Shown: positions 11,901 through 23,958 of the stretch, one piece after another
How positions within the stretch are numbered: position 1 is the first letter of the stretch
How the letters are laid out: every line of letters begins with the position of its first letter
NCBI GenBank assembly: GCA_964276515.1
Contig: OZ193909.1
Coordinates: forward strand, 3,844,001-3,908,000
DNA: 64,000 bases
Direction: 5' to 3'
Source: Gordius albopunctatus
Taxonomy: Eukaryota
Program-made: the position numbers and the translations under genes
Notes under the pieces: generated by a model
What the model was told of the DNA's origin: nothing
The model's database searches: none
The model's input: the letters and a program-made list of their open reading frames with translations, nothing else

Positions 11901-13159
11901 GTGGAGCCTTGGGTATACTAAGCTCGACCATATGTTTCTCAGGACGAAAATGGATATTCAACTTATGACGGACTTAACGAAAAAAGATGGGCACATACTA
12001 AGAAGGAAGACGAGTGATGTATTCGAAAAGTACTGTATATGGGGGTATCGTGGAAAGGAGGAGGAGGACGCTCTTGTCTCATTGCAAGGACAAGTGGACA
12101 AAGTTATGAATAATAAGAATATTAACCAAGACATGGCCCTTACCAATTCAAGATAAAAGAAAACTGTCAAAACAAATCCGACGACAGTGAGATCAAATAC
12201 TTGATAAAGAAGAAGAAAATTTTCTTAATTCTAAATTAATTTTTTGATAGCCAAATCATAAATAACATAACTGATAAATTGGAAATGAATATATTATGTG
12301 TCATAATTATTATAACCGTCTTGGCAATAGCCTCCGGAATAGTTATCATGGCATATGCACCAACCATAAAAATCACATTCACCAAATGAGCCTTTCAAGT
12401 TACACGAACAATCTATTAATAAGCATGTGAAATATGCGTAAACAAAAGAATATATGTTTTTATAAATGTGTTTTATTGAAAGTATTTAACATTTTTTAAC
12501 TGTTTATTTTATCAAAGTTATTATTAACGTTAAATTTTAGTTAATTTATATAGTATTAAGATTATGAGGCATTATTTAGTGGAACTAGATTTGTAGTTTT
12601 AGGCTGTGAAGTGGGCTAATTTTCGAAACGTTTTAATATTATTTACTAACTAATGAAAGCCTTTTACTACTTCTAAATTTTTTAATTCAAAAAAGTTTAT
12701 TTTAATCCTTTCTGATTTGTTTAAAAAGAATTGATTGTTTGATTCTGTTCTACAAACCTTAACCAACGAATATAGTTTAAATATCCAAATGAAAAACGAT
12801 ATTTGATTTTTCATATTGAGTTAGGTTCTAATCGAAATGTTATGACTTTTTTTAAACTTTTTCATTGATACTTTTAAAGGTGTTATTTTACTTTGTGAGC
12901 AATCAATTCCATAACTTCCTATAGGACACGCATTGAAATTGTCATTAAATTCTTCGTACGTTAGCGCAAAGTTGACTTTATATAGAACTAAATTTTAAAA
13001 AATTTTGGAATTTTAACAAAATATCAAAATATTGAATAGGTAATTTTTAATAATTTCCAATGATTTAAATCGATATAATTATATTTAATATAAGTCAAAT
13101 ATATATTAAAGCTTACTCGCCAATATAAATAATAAATATTTATGCATAAAATTTTGCAT
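6664..13159 (-). CDS. 8-exon gene for a secreted cysteine-rich EGF-like repeat protein, 263 aa (copy 1)
   Basis: Exons 13159-13117, 12987-12892, 12412-12317, 10890-10807, 10720-10637, 8998-8903, 8082-7912, 6785-6664. All introns are GT-AG and phase 1. The spliced ORF is open from MQNFMHKYLLFILAILYKVNFA to TGA, with repeated CxC..GxxGxxC modules. Confidence 0.85.
7390..7655 (-). mobile_element. Possible highly degenerate Gypsy-type integrase N-terminal fragment in intron 7
   Basis: Frame-hopping translation VRMxKNLA..VESYVNN/CDV..W/EYPE..GKIYIFLV resembles the integrase zinc-binding region; weak. Confidence 0.3.
8876..8901. repeat. (TA)n microsatellite at the exon 6 splice donor
   Basis: (TA)13 here, (TA)10 at 27585-27604 and (TA)12 at 52722-52745. 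Confidence 0.9.
10059..10621. mobile_element. piggyBac-type MITE (555 bp, TTAA TSD) in EGF-gene intron 5
   Basis: TTAA-CCCTCGAGAGCA ... TGCTCTCGAGGG-TTAA; internal repeat GAGAGCATTCGTGGGGT at about 10095 and 10452, and inverted at about 10597. Confidence 0.9.
11270..12218 (+). mobile_element. Decayed 5'-truncated RTE-clade non-LTR retrotransposon in EGF-gene intron 3
   Basis: CVRTTVGDSQPF, SALNRFLFNII, CMLYADDILL (about 11466-11495) and [35 protein letters not shown]; 3' AAGAAGAAG tail. Confidence 0.85.
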
Positions 13160-13196
13160 TACGACTTTAATTTGTATAATTTTCAAATAATATCTC

Positions 13197-13652
13197 AACT
13201 AATTAATTGTTATTATATATATTTGTACTTTAGCTCGTTTTACTCAACTAATTAATTATTATTATTATTAATACTTCAGCTCGTTTTACTAAACTAATTA
13301 ATTGTTACTATTAATATTTGTACTTCCGTTCGTTTTACTCAACTAATTAATTTTTACTATTAAAATTTGTACTTCAGTTCGTTTTACTCAAGTAATTAAT
13401 TGTTTCTATTAATATTTGTAATTCAGCTCGTTTTACTAAACTAATTAATTTTTACTATTAATATTTGTACTTCAGTTCGTTTTACTCAACTAATTAATTG
13501 TTATTATTAATATTTGTACTTGAGCTCATTTTACTAAACTAATTAATTGTTATTATTAATATTTGTACTTGAGCTCATTTTACTAAACTAATTAATTGTT
13601 ACTATTAATATTTGTACTTCAGCTCGTTTTATTCAACTAATTAATTGTTATA
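13197..13652. repeat. 49-bp minisatellite, about 9.3 units
   Basis: Consensus AACTAATTAATTGTTATTATTAATATTTGTACTTCAGCTCGTTTTACTC. Confidence 0.95.
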
Positions 13653-13809
13653 TTAGAAATTAGTAAATAAATTGCAGGTTAATGATTGTTGGCTTATAAA
13701 TGACAATACACTAATCATTTATTAATTTCATTCTTTATACTTTATTAAATCATTTTTGCTACCTATATATACATCAAATTATGACGATTAAAAAATAATT
13801 CATTTAAGC

Positions 13810-15975
13810 TATAAATAGACATCGTTTGGCCTTGCGCCTTATTGATTGTCATGGGAATGCCAATCTAATTGGAAATTTTATGCGTTTGAATTCAATCGGC
13901 ATATATGTGGGAATCATAGGGATTCGTGACAGCATACATGTTCACATCGAACCTTGCCATTCAAAATGCTGACTTCGAGTTTTTCATTAATATTTTAATG
14001 ACACAGCCAATGCAATGCCTTTTTTGTATCGTATGTCGGCAAGGATTATCGAAATGAGAAATGTTTTGCCAGTTCTACCATATGTCTTTATTTTTGTATT
14101 TCGCTTATTAATGTAACTTTGTTTCTTGAAAATAAACTTTAACAAAAAAAAAAAAAAAAGAAACCCCTTGTCCTGACGAAACTATCAGCATAATGCGGTC
14201 GTAAATGGTTTTTTGTTCATGAGTTAGTGGTGGGACATTGCGAGTAACAATCGCTGCCATTTCTAAAGTATTATACTGCAGTTCAAGACTCATATCAGTG
14301 TTGAGTAAATCAGATGTACATTGATTTGGTTAACTCATACCAAAATGACTAATTTTAAAAACATTCAGTCAACACTATAGCGAATAGTTGACGAATTTGT
14401 GTTCCTGTATAGTTTAATGCTGCTTCAGTAAGAATACTGTCCTGATAGTTGTCGTCTTCTAGCAAGCCTAATGTAGGGCATGCATCTTTATACGCTAGAT
14501 ACTGTTGTCCATTTACTTTACATATATCGTGAAATGACCATGAGCCGGTGCCATTAACCAACAACAGTCGCAGTTGAAAGAACTAAGTCTGCATTGGATT
14601 CACTGTATATACACTATGTCGATGATTGATTAAAATATCCACATGGGCCATGATTATGTTTGTAGTAACAATATCAAACAATAATTTATCAGTACACGGA
14701 TTTGGAATTTCTGCATAAATTAAACTATCAATGTCTTCAGGAGATATTTTGTCGATGAACTAAATCAAAATGTGAGCAAGTGCTAATCCTCGTGTTGTAT
14801 ATTGCCAATTAATTTATTGAAGTAACCTAATAAGTGGTGGGAATAAAATTTAATTTAATTAGTGGTGTGAATAAAAGGTTGAGAAACTATTTATCGTCTG
14901 TGGGAGATTCCTAATTAATGGTTTGTTTAAGGCACTAATTAGAAACAGGCGAATATGTTAAAGGCATTCCTCATGCAAATTGAGATGTGCAGTACATCAA
15001 CCTGTCGTAAGGTTGAGGGCATCCCTAATGCAAATTGAGAAGTTCAGTACATCGACAGGGTTTAAATAGCTGTATTTTTATCCTGCAAATAATAATATTT
15101 TTTTTCTTACTTAGAACTCGGTTGTCCTGTTGCAACTATCTCAGAAAACCTACACCACCCCTAATCCAATACCTTCATTAGTCCTTCCACATCACCCAAT
15201 ATCACCTATTTTGCGCACTTATATTTCGACCGCGCACAAATAATTGATATCGTTTAACGCTTGCATTTAAATCCAAGATATTGTTGTCTTGACAATTTGA
15301 TTAAATATCATTATAAGTTATAACTCGTATTCGTCCATTGGATTTCTTTGGTGAACAATAAACTGATTATCAAGTTTTAAAGTACTCATTCGAATACATC
15401 CAGCAACGTGCGGGGCAAAATATTATTGCGGATATGTTAATAAATAGAATACTTTTAATAAATAGAATACTTCAGCTCTTTTTTTATATGAAAGATTATT
15501 TAAATTGTTGCATTTTACAGTACTCCTGTATGACGTCATGAGGTTGCTTTTGATTGACATTTTATTAAACGTCAAAACGTATGTAACAAAATAACTTGAA
15601 CGTCTTATCACTTAGTGGTTTAAAAAATAGTTTAAAACCAATTCTCAGACCTACCAAATATTCGCAGAAATTTTTGTTGTTGTAGCCGCAACGTGCATTC
15701 ACGCGATTAGCGAGTGCGCGTTCGCAGTCGCCACCACCCATAAAGTAAATTTGTAAAAATATTCTTTTGGCATCGGCAGCAATGAACCCCCTTTGTGAAA
15801 ACCTTGCTTTTCATTTTAAACGTTGAATTAAATTGTTGACAGTTTTCAGCATTATTCTCAACTATTTCTTTTGCTCCGAACGATGTCATTTGGAAGCATA
15901 AATCGAATGTCCGAATTGACTTGAGGAACAGACTAGAATCAGGATCCGTACCGATAAGTAAACCGTGCAATGGTT
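13810..15975 (-). mobile_element. Decayed, internally deleted Helitron (Rep/PIF1 helicase fragments)
   Basis: In order: FQMTSFGA..KFLQIYFMG (N-terminal), RGLALAHILI..AEIPNP..HGPCG (HUH Rep), YTVNP..LRLLLVN..YKDAC.LGLLEDD, GRTGKTFLI (helicase motif I), and IPMIPT..FKRIKFPIRLAFPMTINKAQGQTMS. Termini not found. Confidence 0.9.
14920..15210 (-). repeat. Unclassified dispersed repeat inserted among Helitron fragments; sibling of 1700-2075
   Basis: Collinear shared blocks with 1700-2075, plus an internal duplication GATGTACTG.AC.TCTCAATTTGCAT. Confidence 0.6.
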
Positions 15976-16198
15976 ACAATAAATCATTCGTTTTGACATA
16001 AATAAATCTTTTTGCCTGTGATAAAATTCTAATACATATTAAATAGTCCTTTCGAAATCCCTATGCCCCTTGTGCTCCAGAAATATCTAATTAAACAAAA
16101 AGTATTGTTTTTTACAACATAGCCCTGTTACAAATAAATGCCCCTCATCAGGGAAGTTCGCTCCCCCAAACATAATACGTCCACCATCTACCTTAATA

Positions 16199-17350
16199 TT
16201 GGATGATAACATTAATTTTAGCCCTTCTGGTACAGATATACCTAATCTAATACATCATCAAACCTACTATACCACAAATGAAAAAAATGACATGACATGG
16301 AGCAGAGCCTTTTTATCTCAAGCATTCCCACCAACCATATCCAGAATTCCAAGGGGGGCCCTGGCGTGCATGCAACAGTTTTTAATAAAATTACTTAACA
16401 ATATTATTTCTCTCCCTCCGAACCTATCCTATTGGAAGAAATTATTTAAATTCTCTTTTTACATTTGATATATTCCTCAAGACAAGGAAGCAATAATTAC
16501 TCATAATAAACAGCCCTCCAGCATATAACATGGATAGAAAGGAATCCCAAATATTAACCCCCAAACAAAAAGCGAAAAAAAACTCTAGAAAAATTCACTC
16601 ATTCAACATCAAAAGCGCAATGAGATACCTCGAAGAAGACAATTCATTTTTGAGTCCTTCACAAAAATCATATGAAGAAATGGTTCTCAAACATCCCCAG
16701 AGTCTATCTTCTACTTACCTATCGCCCTCGCAACCTTCAGATATTGCTTTTAAGTCATCAGACATTCGAGATGCCATCTTATCTTTTCCCATGGATTCTG
16801 CAGGTGGTCTCGACGGCATAAAACCAATTTTTTTAAAATATCTTATAACAATTGATAATAATAACTCCTCCATCTTACTAGACTTACTCACCAAATTTTG
16901 TAACCTTTTAGTCAATGAGAGTATACCTAAAGAAATAACGCCCATAGTCTTTGGAGCTAAGCTTTTAGCTATTAGGAAGGCCGACAATTCAGCCAGGCCT
17001 ATCCCTATCGGCGGTGTCTTCCGAAGAATTATTTCTAAATTAATTTGCTCGGCGATCAAACCAATATTGACCCCTACTTTAAAACCGCATCAACTAGGCT
17101 TCGGGGTCGAAGGAGGGTGCGAGATAGCTACCCATGCCGCAGGCTTAGCCCTGGAACACCTCGCTCTGGGTGACTCCTTTATAAAACTGGATTTTAAAAA
17201 TGCTTTCAATAGCATTCGCCGCACTGCCTTCATTAATGGTTTTATCAAGCTATTTCCCCAATACACCAACTACATCATTTTAAGTTCCGGATGTCCTTCG
17301 ATTTCGAAATTTGGAGAATTCTTCCTTGAATCCGCAGAAGGGATCCAAAT
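16199..17350 (+). mobile_element. CRE-like non-LTR retrotransposon, 5' RT fragment, truncated just before QGDP
   Basis: TISRIPRGA..W.KLF.F, SAGGLDGIKP, FGAKLLAIRK..RPIPIGGVFRRIISK, PHQLGFGVEGGCE, KLDFKNAFNSIRR, ESAEGIQ, followed by unrelated AT-rich DNA. Confidence 0.9.
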
Positions 17351-17957
17351 AAATATATCGTTAATGGCAAAGTTAGTTAGAACTAGAAAGTAATTATTTA
17401 GAATACAAATTTGATTAAAATGTTTGTCATAAAATAAAATACGCATGCTCTCATTTAAAGTTTACAATTATATGTTCTTGATCCTTTGATAATGCCACTT
17501 TTATTTTTGTTTTACGTTATAATATGTGCAACTAATTATCAATTCTTTAAATAATATTATTATCATTAAAAATCACTCTCATTTTGTGGATTATAACGCT
17601 ATATTCAATAATTAATTCAAATATTATAAATTTTCAAGTCTTTTACATTTTACAGACACGGTGAATTAGATAAAATGTTAAATTTGCTGGAACTATAAAT
17701 TCAACTTTATATACATCAAAATTATTTATAGCTTATTTTTGATTTGCACTTTCCATAGAAAATATTATCTGTATGAATTAGTTCATTATATTTATTTTGT
17801 CAATGAGATGTCGTGTCGTGCTAGATCTTTAAGGAGTTTGTGTATTTATGTTCTTAGAAAAATATAAAAAGTTTTCCATTTGGATTTTTTTATCACTTAT
17901 TTAATATTTTTAACAAAACATAAGAAATTTTAATTTCGTATAAATTTTTTATAAAAT

Positions 17958-18020
17958 AAGTCGAGACAAGTCGAGAATTCTCGTCGAGACGAGATTTTTC
18001 TAAACCGAGACGAGATCTTG
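17958..18020. repeat. Cluster of CGAGAC/GTCGAG motifs, possibly a subterminal remnant of a DNA transposon
   Basis: GTCGAGACAAGTCGAGAATTCTCGTCGAGACGAGA...CCGAGACGAGA in an otherwise very AT-rich tract. Confidence 0.4.
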
Positions 18021-18261
18021 TGAAAGGGTTTTGTTGAATTTATTATAAGAGGGAGATTATCCACTGTTTTAATGCATTTTTTGAAACAAAATTATTCTTC
18101 TCTATGACATTAAAATATTGCACCTTTAAAAATCAATGAGGCTATTTATCAAGTCTATGCTATTTACTTATACTTTAAGGATGTCGCTGATCTCTTTATT
18201 TAGATACTGACCCCATGAAAAATCATTCACGGATATTGAGATAATTTTTTTCAAGATCGAC

Positions 18262-19892
18262 ATGTTCATTACATTACTCTGCTTCGGTGAGTTTTTATTT
18301 TTTCATTCAAAAATTATTATGTTATAAATCTATTTAGCCTTAACACTCATAACTGTGAGTTTGAGTGCAGACGTTAATCCACAGGTCATTAGTAAGCATC
18401 AAAATAGCGTGTATCATCAATAAATATAACCAAAATTACGTATTTTCACCGTTTAACCTTAAAACTGCCATGTACATATACGCGGCGGGAACTAGAGATG
18501 AAACTTGCTACGCTGAACTAGGAAATTTTTTGCAGCAGTCTTTGACACACGAATACATTAGAAGGTAGTCAGGTTTTTTGAGCAAATATCAAGACTACAA
18601 AAACGATGCAACCGAAATTAAAATATTAAATGAGCTATTTGTCAATAATAGAATGACTATAAATCCAAATTATGCTAACGCCGTAAAGAAAATATTTAGG
18701 GCCTTGGTGACCCCGACTAGTTACAATTCACCAGATCAAACTTTTAAAGCCATCAATGCTAAAGTAGCTCAGCCTACTCGTAACAGAATTCGGGATTTAT
18801 TTTCCCCTAGAGATATTACAAGCAACACTCTTATAGCTTCTCTCAGCACTCTCTATTTTAAAGGACTGTGGGAAGTTCCGTTCGATAAGAGCTAATTTTT
18901 TAAGCCCACTTTATATTTTCTAATTAATTTTTGAAGATGAACGACTCAGCAAAATATTCATACAGAAGACGGTCGATATGTCTTAACACCCGTGATGAAT
19001 ATTGCTTAATTAGAGATCGAACAATATACAGACATGAGAGATTTGGCCAATTATTTAATCTTGAATCACAAAGAGACCAAATTTAAAACGGTCCTAATTC
19101 TTCCCAATTCCAAATCAACGTTAAAAGCACTCAAATACAAACTTTTTATGGATCCTAATATATTAGTGAATGCACTCAAGAAAGCTTCCATCAAAATTCC
19201 TAACATCTCCATACCTCTGATTGATCGTAAAACAAACTTGCAGATAGTATCGAGGTTGTTTCCAATAATGGTAATTTAGGATTGATAAAATGGGAGGGTG
19301 GAAATGGGTTTACATATTTCGGTCGTCCAGCGACCATTATCAATAAAAAAAGGGTAAATTACAAGTGATGTGGATTACAAATAAGGAACGAAGGACGATT
19401 TGATAATGGTCGCTGGACGACCGAAATATCTAAACCCATTTCCACCCTCCCATTTTATCAATCATAAATTACCATTAGTGGAAACAAATTGGATACTACA
19501 TAATGGATTGGTATTACATAATTTTATTAAACTTGCAGATGAACACGATATTGGCGAATTCTAATCTAAGTTGCATCTTTAAGTAACTATCGATATATAT
19601 TTGGAGATGAATTTTATGTATAAATGTATATAACTGAACTTCCATTATGCATGTTTCCAGCCATAGTTTGAACAATATCGTCAAATCACGAGCCTTGTCG
19701 TTGGATAAAATGGTTCATAAAGTCAATTTTCAAATGAACGAAAAAGGAAGTAAAGGGGCAGCGGCCACTGGTGGAGCCCTCGAAGATAGAGCATTTGACA
19801 ATATGTTTTTTAATAGACCGTTCTTGCATTTACTAATCGAAGTTGAGTCTGGAAATGTTTTATTTCCGGGAAGATATTCAAGCCCAGATTAA
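18262..19892 (+). pseudogene. Serpin pseudogene, full length (copy 2)
   Basis: Exon 18262-18286 (MFITLLCF, GTGAGT donor) splices to 18338, giving the signal peptide MFITLLCFALTLITVSLSA. Then NYVFSPFNL, YFKGLWEVPFD, hinge and C-terminal motifs. Lesions: frameshift near 18415, TAG 18566-18568, in-frame TAA near 19008, no GT donor after PFDK, and an insertion at 19246-19528. Confidence 0.9.
19246..19528. mobile_element. Foldback insertion in serpin (copy 2)
   Basis: Same as 537-820. Confidence 0.8.
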
Positions 19893-21192
19893 AGGCGATC
19901 GACCGAGACGCATTATGATGCATTTTTTTGAAATTTATAATCAAAAATATATGTAACACAAAATTAGTTTAGATGATTGCATACATTTAAATATTATAGA
20001 AATGTTCTGTTTATATATAAAGCTTAGCCATCATATGGGTTAACAAGTGAGGAAGAATTGAAAAAAACTTCTGGTGAGCCACAGTGAAAATCAAGATTAG
20101 CAAAGTAAAATCGTCGAAAAAAGACACACTTTTGAAAGTTTAAGGATTTTTACCATTCTTTATAGGTGATTGAGAAGCATGCCTTTTGAAAATAAAAATC
20201 CCAGCGAATAAGATACTCGATATTATTATGGTAATTATAATCTTATTATTATATTTAAATCATATTCAGTAATTTTGTAAGAAATTTTTATATATTTTTT
20301 ATATGCGCACTTTCTATCCTTTATTTCCTACTATTAAAAATGTACAAAATGTGTAATAACAACTAATAACGATCAACCAATCGAATGATGATTTCTAGAA
20401 AATAAATGTAAGTATTAATGTAAGTGTTGGACGATGGCTGTGAGAAATTGCCGTGAAATTAATCCGCTAGAATGAGCGACGACTACGAGTAAATTTAAGG
20501 TATTGGGTAAGGGGGACCGTTTGGTTCTTCCTTCATGCTACCGCTTGACCCACGAGATTCAAAGATGAAAAATAAAATATCCCCCCCCCCGCCCCACAGG
20601 ACTAACGAGTAGAAAAATAAATATATCATTGTATCATGGTCAAATGCCCGCTATTTACACCTTGTCGATGCACTTCTCATTTGCATGAGGGATGCCGACA
20701 GTTCCATGTACTGCACATCTCCACTAATATGAGGCATGCTTTTTATATATTTGCCTGCTTATAATTAGTGCCCATTATTCACATAACTAATTTTAGTTGG
20801 CAAGATACAACAGGCTATCCTTCCTAGCTCATTTGCATAAGCGAGTAAGTAAAGTGATTCAACTAAAACTACAACAATATTCAATATTTCCTGGTTGTTT
20901 TGTTATTTAAAAGAATTGACTTTTCTACTAATAGTCAATTTTCAGTAAAAATGTTGTTAAACATTTGATTTATATTTTAAACTTAATTTTGGCAATTTCG
21001 GACACAGATTTAGAAATAAAGTTGACATATATGGGGTGATAAACTATCGTCTCTATTGATAAAAAATGTCCTAACCCTTTCGTCACAGATATTAAATAAA
21101 AATAAGATTTTTTAATCAACTAACAAATTTTTTATATATGATAATGTACATAAAAGCATATCTAGCCGCAAGCAATAGGAAAAATCATTATA

Positions 21193-23958
21193 TTTGCCAA
21201 TGCTTTTAACAGCATTCGAAGAGAAACCCTCATTAACACTTTTTTAGCTGTATCCACACAATTTTTAAATTACATTTTATTAAGCTATGGTTCTATAACC
21301 AAGCTTAGATTCGGCGAATACCTCATTGACTCGTCCGAAGGCATCCAACAAGGAGATCCATTAGGCCCTCCTTTATTTTGTTTAGGCATTCATAATTCAG
21401 TCGAGGCTATATCATCTCAGTGTACCCTCGATTTAAATATTTTGTATCAACGACGCCACACTATTTGGCCGCCCGGAGGAGATTAGTAAAGCTCTAGAAA
21501 TCATCAAAAACTTTGAACCCACTCTAAATCTTAAATCATACTCGAAAAAATGTTAAATCTTTTAGGTTCCCAACACTATTGACTTTCCAGTTTTTGAAAC
21601 ATTTTTAGTTTTAGAGAGAGAAAACATATAGGGAAGACCAGGGCTACTTTAGCCATAAAAAATTAAATCGCGTTTAAAAAAAACTAAAAACAATTTTTCC
21701 ATTTTTTTTGTTGGAATATATTTTTAAGGTCTATTTTTACTATAGGAAAAATATTTGGAGGGAAATAAAAGTTTATCACAAATTAAGTTTAAAAAAACAA
21801 AAATCTAAAATATTTTGAAAATAACCGGATCTAGTCATAGCCGTTAGATTTTTTTTAATGTATATATTGTTTATTTGAATGTAAGAACGTTATAAAAAAC
21901 GAAGTGTTAAAATTCGAAAAATATAAGAGCGGGTAGAAAACAAAATAAAAAAATTATAATTAAAAAGCGTCGCATGTATCATATAATAAAAGTTTAAAAT
22001 TGTACTTTGTTATTAAAATACCAATTTTTTGTTTAACTATAAAATTTGTGGAATATTTAGAGGGCGGGCAGCGACGGCTGATATCTTTAAAAGGCTTGAT
22101 GGCGGCAGGACCAAAAGTCCCAGAACATGAGGCAACGATAGGGGTAAAGATATTAGAGGGTAGGAGGGCTTCTGACGTTTTCACATCTTATAAGTTTATG
22201 CTAACTCAAATCAATAAAAATATTCTTTCATTATAAAAATGTAGAAAATACAAATGTAATATGATTGTATTTTATATAAAAGAAATAAAAATAGAGTCAA
22301 GATGATAATCTGACTTAAGAACACTCAAAAGGCGGATTTAGCAATGGAAAAAGACTTTTAGTCGTTTTATAATGTATAATCATAGTCTATTTCTATTCCA
22401 AATAACACTATGTTAGATTATTAAACAAAATTTTTTGTTTTTTAATAAAAAATGGCTAGCAATAGCCCCTCTCCGACTAGCCCCGACCCCTATTTTCATA
22501 AACAATTAAAAGTTTAAGATGTTATATTGCATATAAAAATTTAATCATTAGACAATTTTTATATAGAAATCTCCCTTTATAAGATAAAAGTTAAATACAT
22601 CCAAAATATTCAGCCTAAAAAATTTTATGTGCTAAATAAAAAATTTTGTAAAGGCTACTAATAGCCCCGAAAAATAGTTTTTTCTCAATATAAATTTTAA
22701 ATTTTATTTTTTCTAAGCATATTTTTTTGCTTATGGCTTATGGAAAAATACACATATGGTTTAAATTTTGCTTTAATATCAATATTATTTTACAAAATAA
22801 TTAGAAAGATAATAGTAACCCCGGGCTACGACTAGCCCCGGTCTTTCCTACCTTTTGGGATCATCCATTGGCGGCGAAAAATCTCTTTTAAATTTGCTTC
22901 ATAAGAACCTCGAAATATTAAAATCTAAAACGGAACTTTTAAAATGCTTGCCTGCACATCACATTTTTTACTTAATCAAAAACTATTTCAACATTTAAAA
23001 GATTTATCATTGTTTTCGCTCATCTGCTGCATTTTGACACCAACACGTTTTAAAGTCGCACGAAGGCTTTTTAAAAACTTTATTAGAAAAAATTTAAAAT
23101 TTAATACTAACAATCGGATTCAAGCATCCCTTCCAACCAAATATGGAGGATCAGGAATTCGTCCTGGCGGCAGCCTATCGCTAGCTGCTTTTATTTCCTC
23201 TTTTAAGTCAGTCCAAAACTCAATTTTTAATCTCACAACATATGATTCCGACCCTCTGTTAACTCAAGCCTTGGAGCTTTGGAATTTGAATGTGACACCA
23301 GAGACTATTTAACCTCAAAGTACGAGACAAGATTGGGATTCTTGACTAGTATCGCGCTCCGTTGATTACCTTTTATCGAGCAGCGATGATGGCCAGCATT
23401 ACAACCTTAGGTCCCTCGCTTTTTATGGTTCCAGTCACGAGTGGCTTGAAGCCTACCCATGCAATCCCCTCAATCCGTGAGCCGTTAGATCCCTCTCTTG
23501 AAGGTAGGATGCGCCCTGACAGTTCTTCTCTAGTCCCCTGGCAAAATAGCCTATCCCTCAAATGGGATTTTACTTGTATTGACATATTTGCCTCTTCCCA
23601 TTTTAATTACGACCCTATCGCTGCAGCAAAAGGGCGTAAAACTACAAAGTACTCTGCCCTTTTGGCATCCAATATTTTTATCACTGTCGTTGCCTCGTGC
23701 TCCTGTTCTTTTGGTAAGCAGGTAATGGGGTTTTTTAAAGAAATCGGAAAACGCTCACCGAAATCTAAAATTTCTTAGTCCTTTTTACTCAGGCAACAAC
23801 TAGGGATTATTATTCTACGATACAACTATAAATCCTTTGCCGACTCATGGCCCATTTCAGGAGATCATGATATAGATCTATGTATCTAACTAATAGGTCT
23901 TTATTTATTTTTGTATTTAGCTTATTTATGTAACTTTGTTTCATTAAAATAAACTTTT
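21193..23958 (+). mobile_element. CRE-like RT/RLE remnant (copy 2)
   Basis: Duplicate of 2485-5250. Confidence 0.85.
21629..22850. mobile_element. TA-TSD MITE (copy 2)
   Basis: Duplicate of 2921-4142. Confidence 0.85.

Larger units (their letters stand above)
1..18704 (+). repeat. ~18.7 kb tandem segmental-duplication unit, copy 1 (phase set arbitrarily at window start)
   Basis: Every ORF recurs at +18702 to +18709 (e.g. 939/19647, 16530/35239); position 1 aligns to 18705. Confidence 0.97.

Noticed and set aside
13197..13652. Regularly spaced repeats resembling a CRISPR array
   Set aside because: Contiguous 49-bp tandem units with no unique spacers, no cas genes, and a eukaryotic intron-containing context.
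16715..17059. Antisense 114-aa ORF (likewise 4665-4877 and 11958-12170)
   Set aside because: Shadow ORFs on the opposite strand of retroelement coding remnants.
16530..17393. Retron, group II intron or other prokaryotic RT system
   Set aside because: Motifs match eukaryotic RLE-type non-LTR elements; the ORF is truncated before the catalytic YxDD.
18338..19030. TAA/TAG reassignment (alternative genetic code) rescuing the serpin
   Set aside because: The serpin also has a frameshift, a lost donor and an insertion, and it terminates at TAA at the expected C-terminus.
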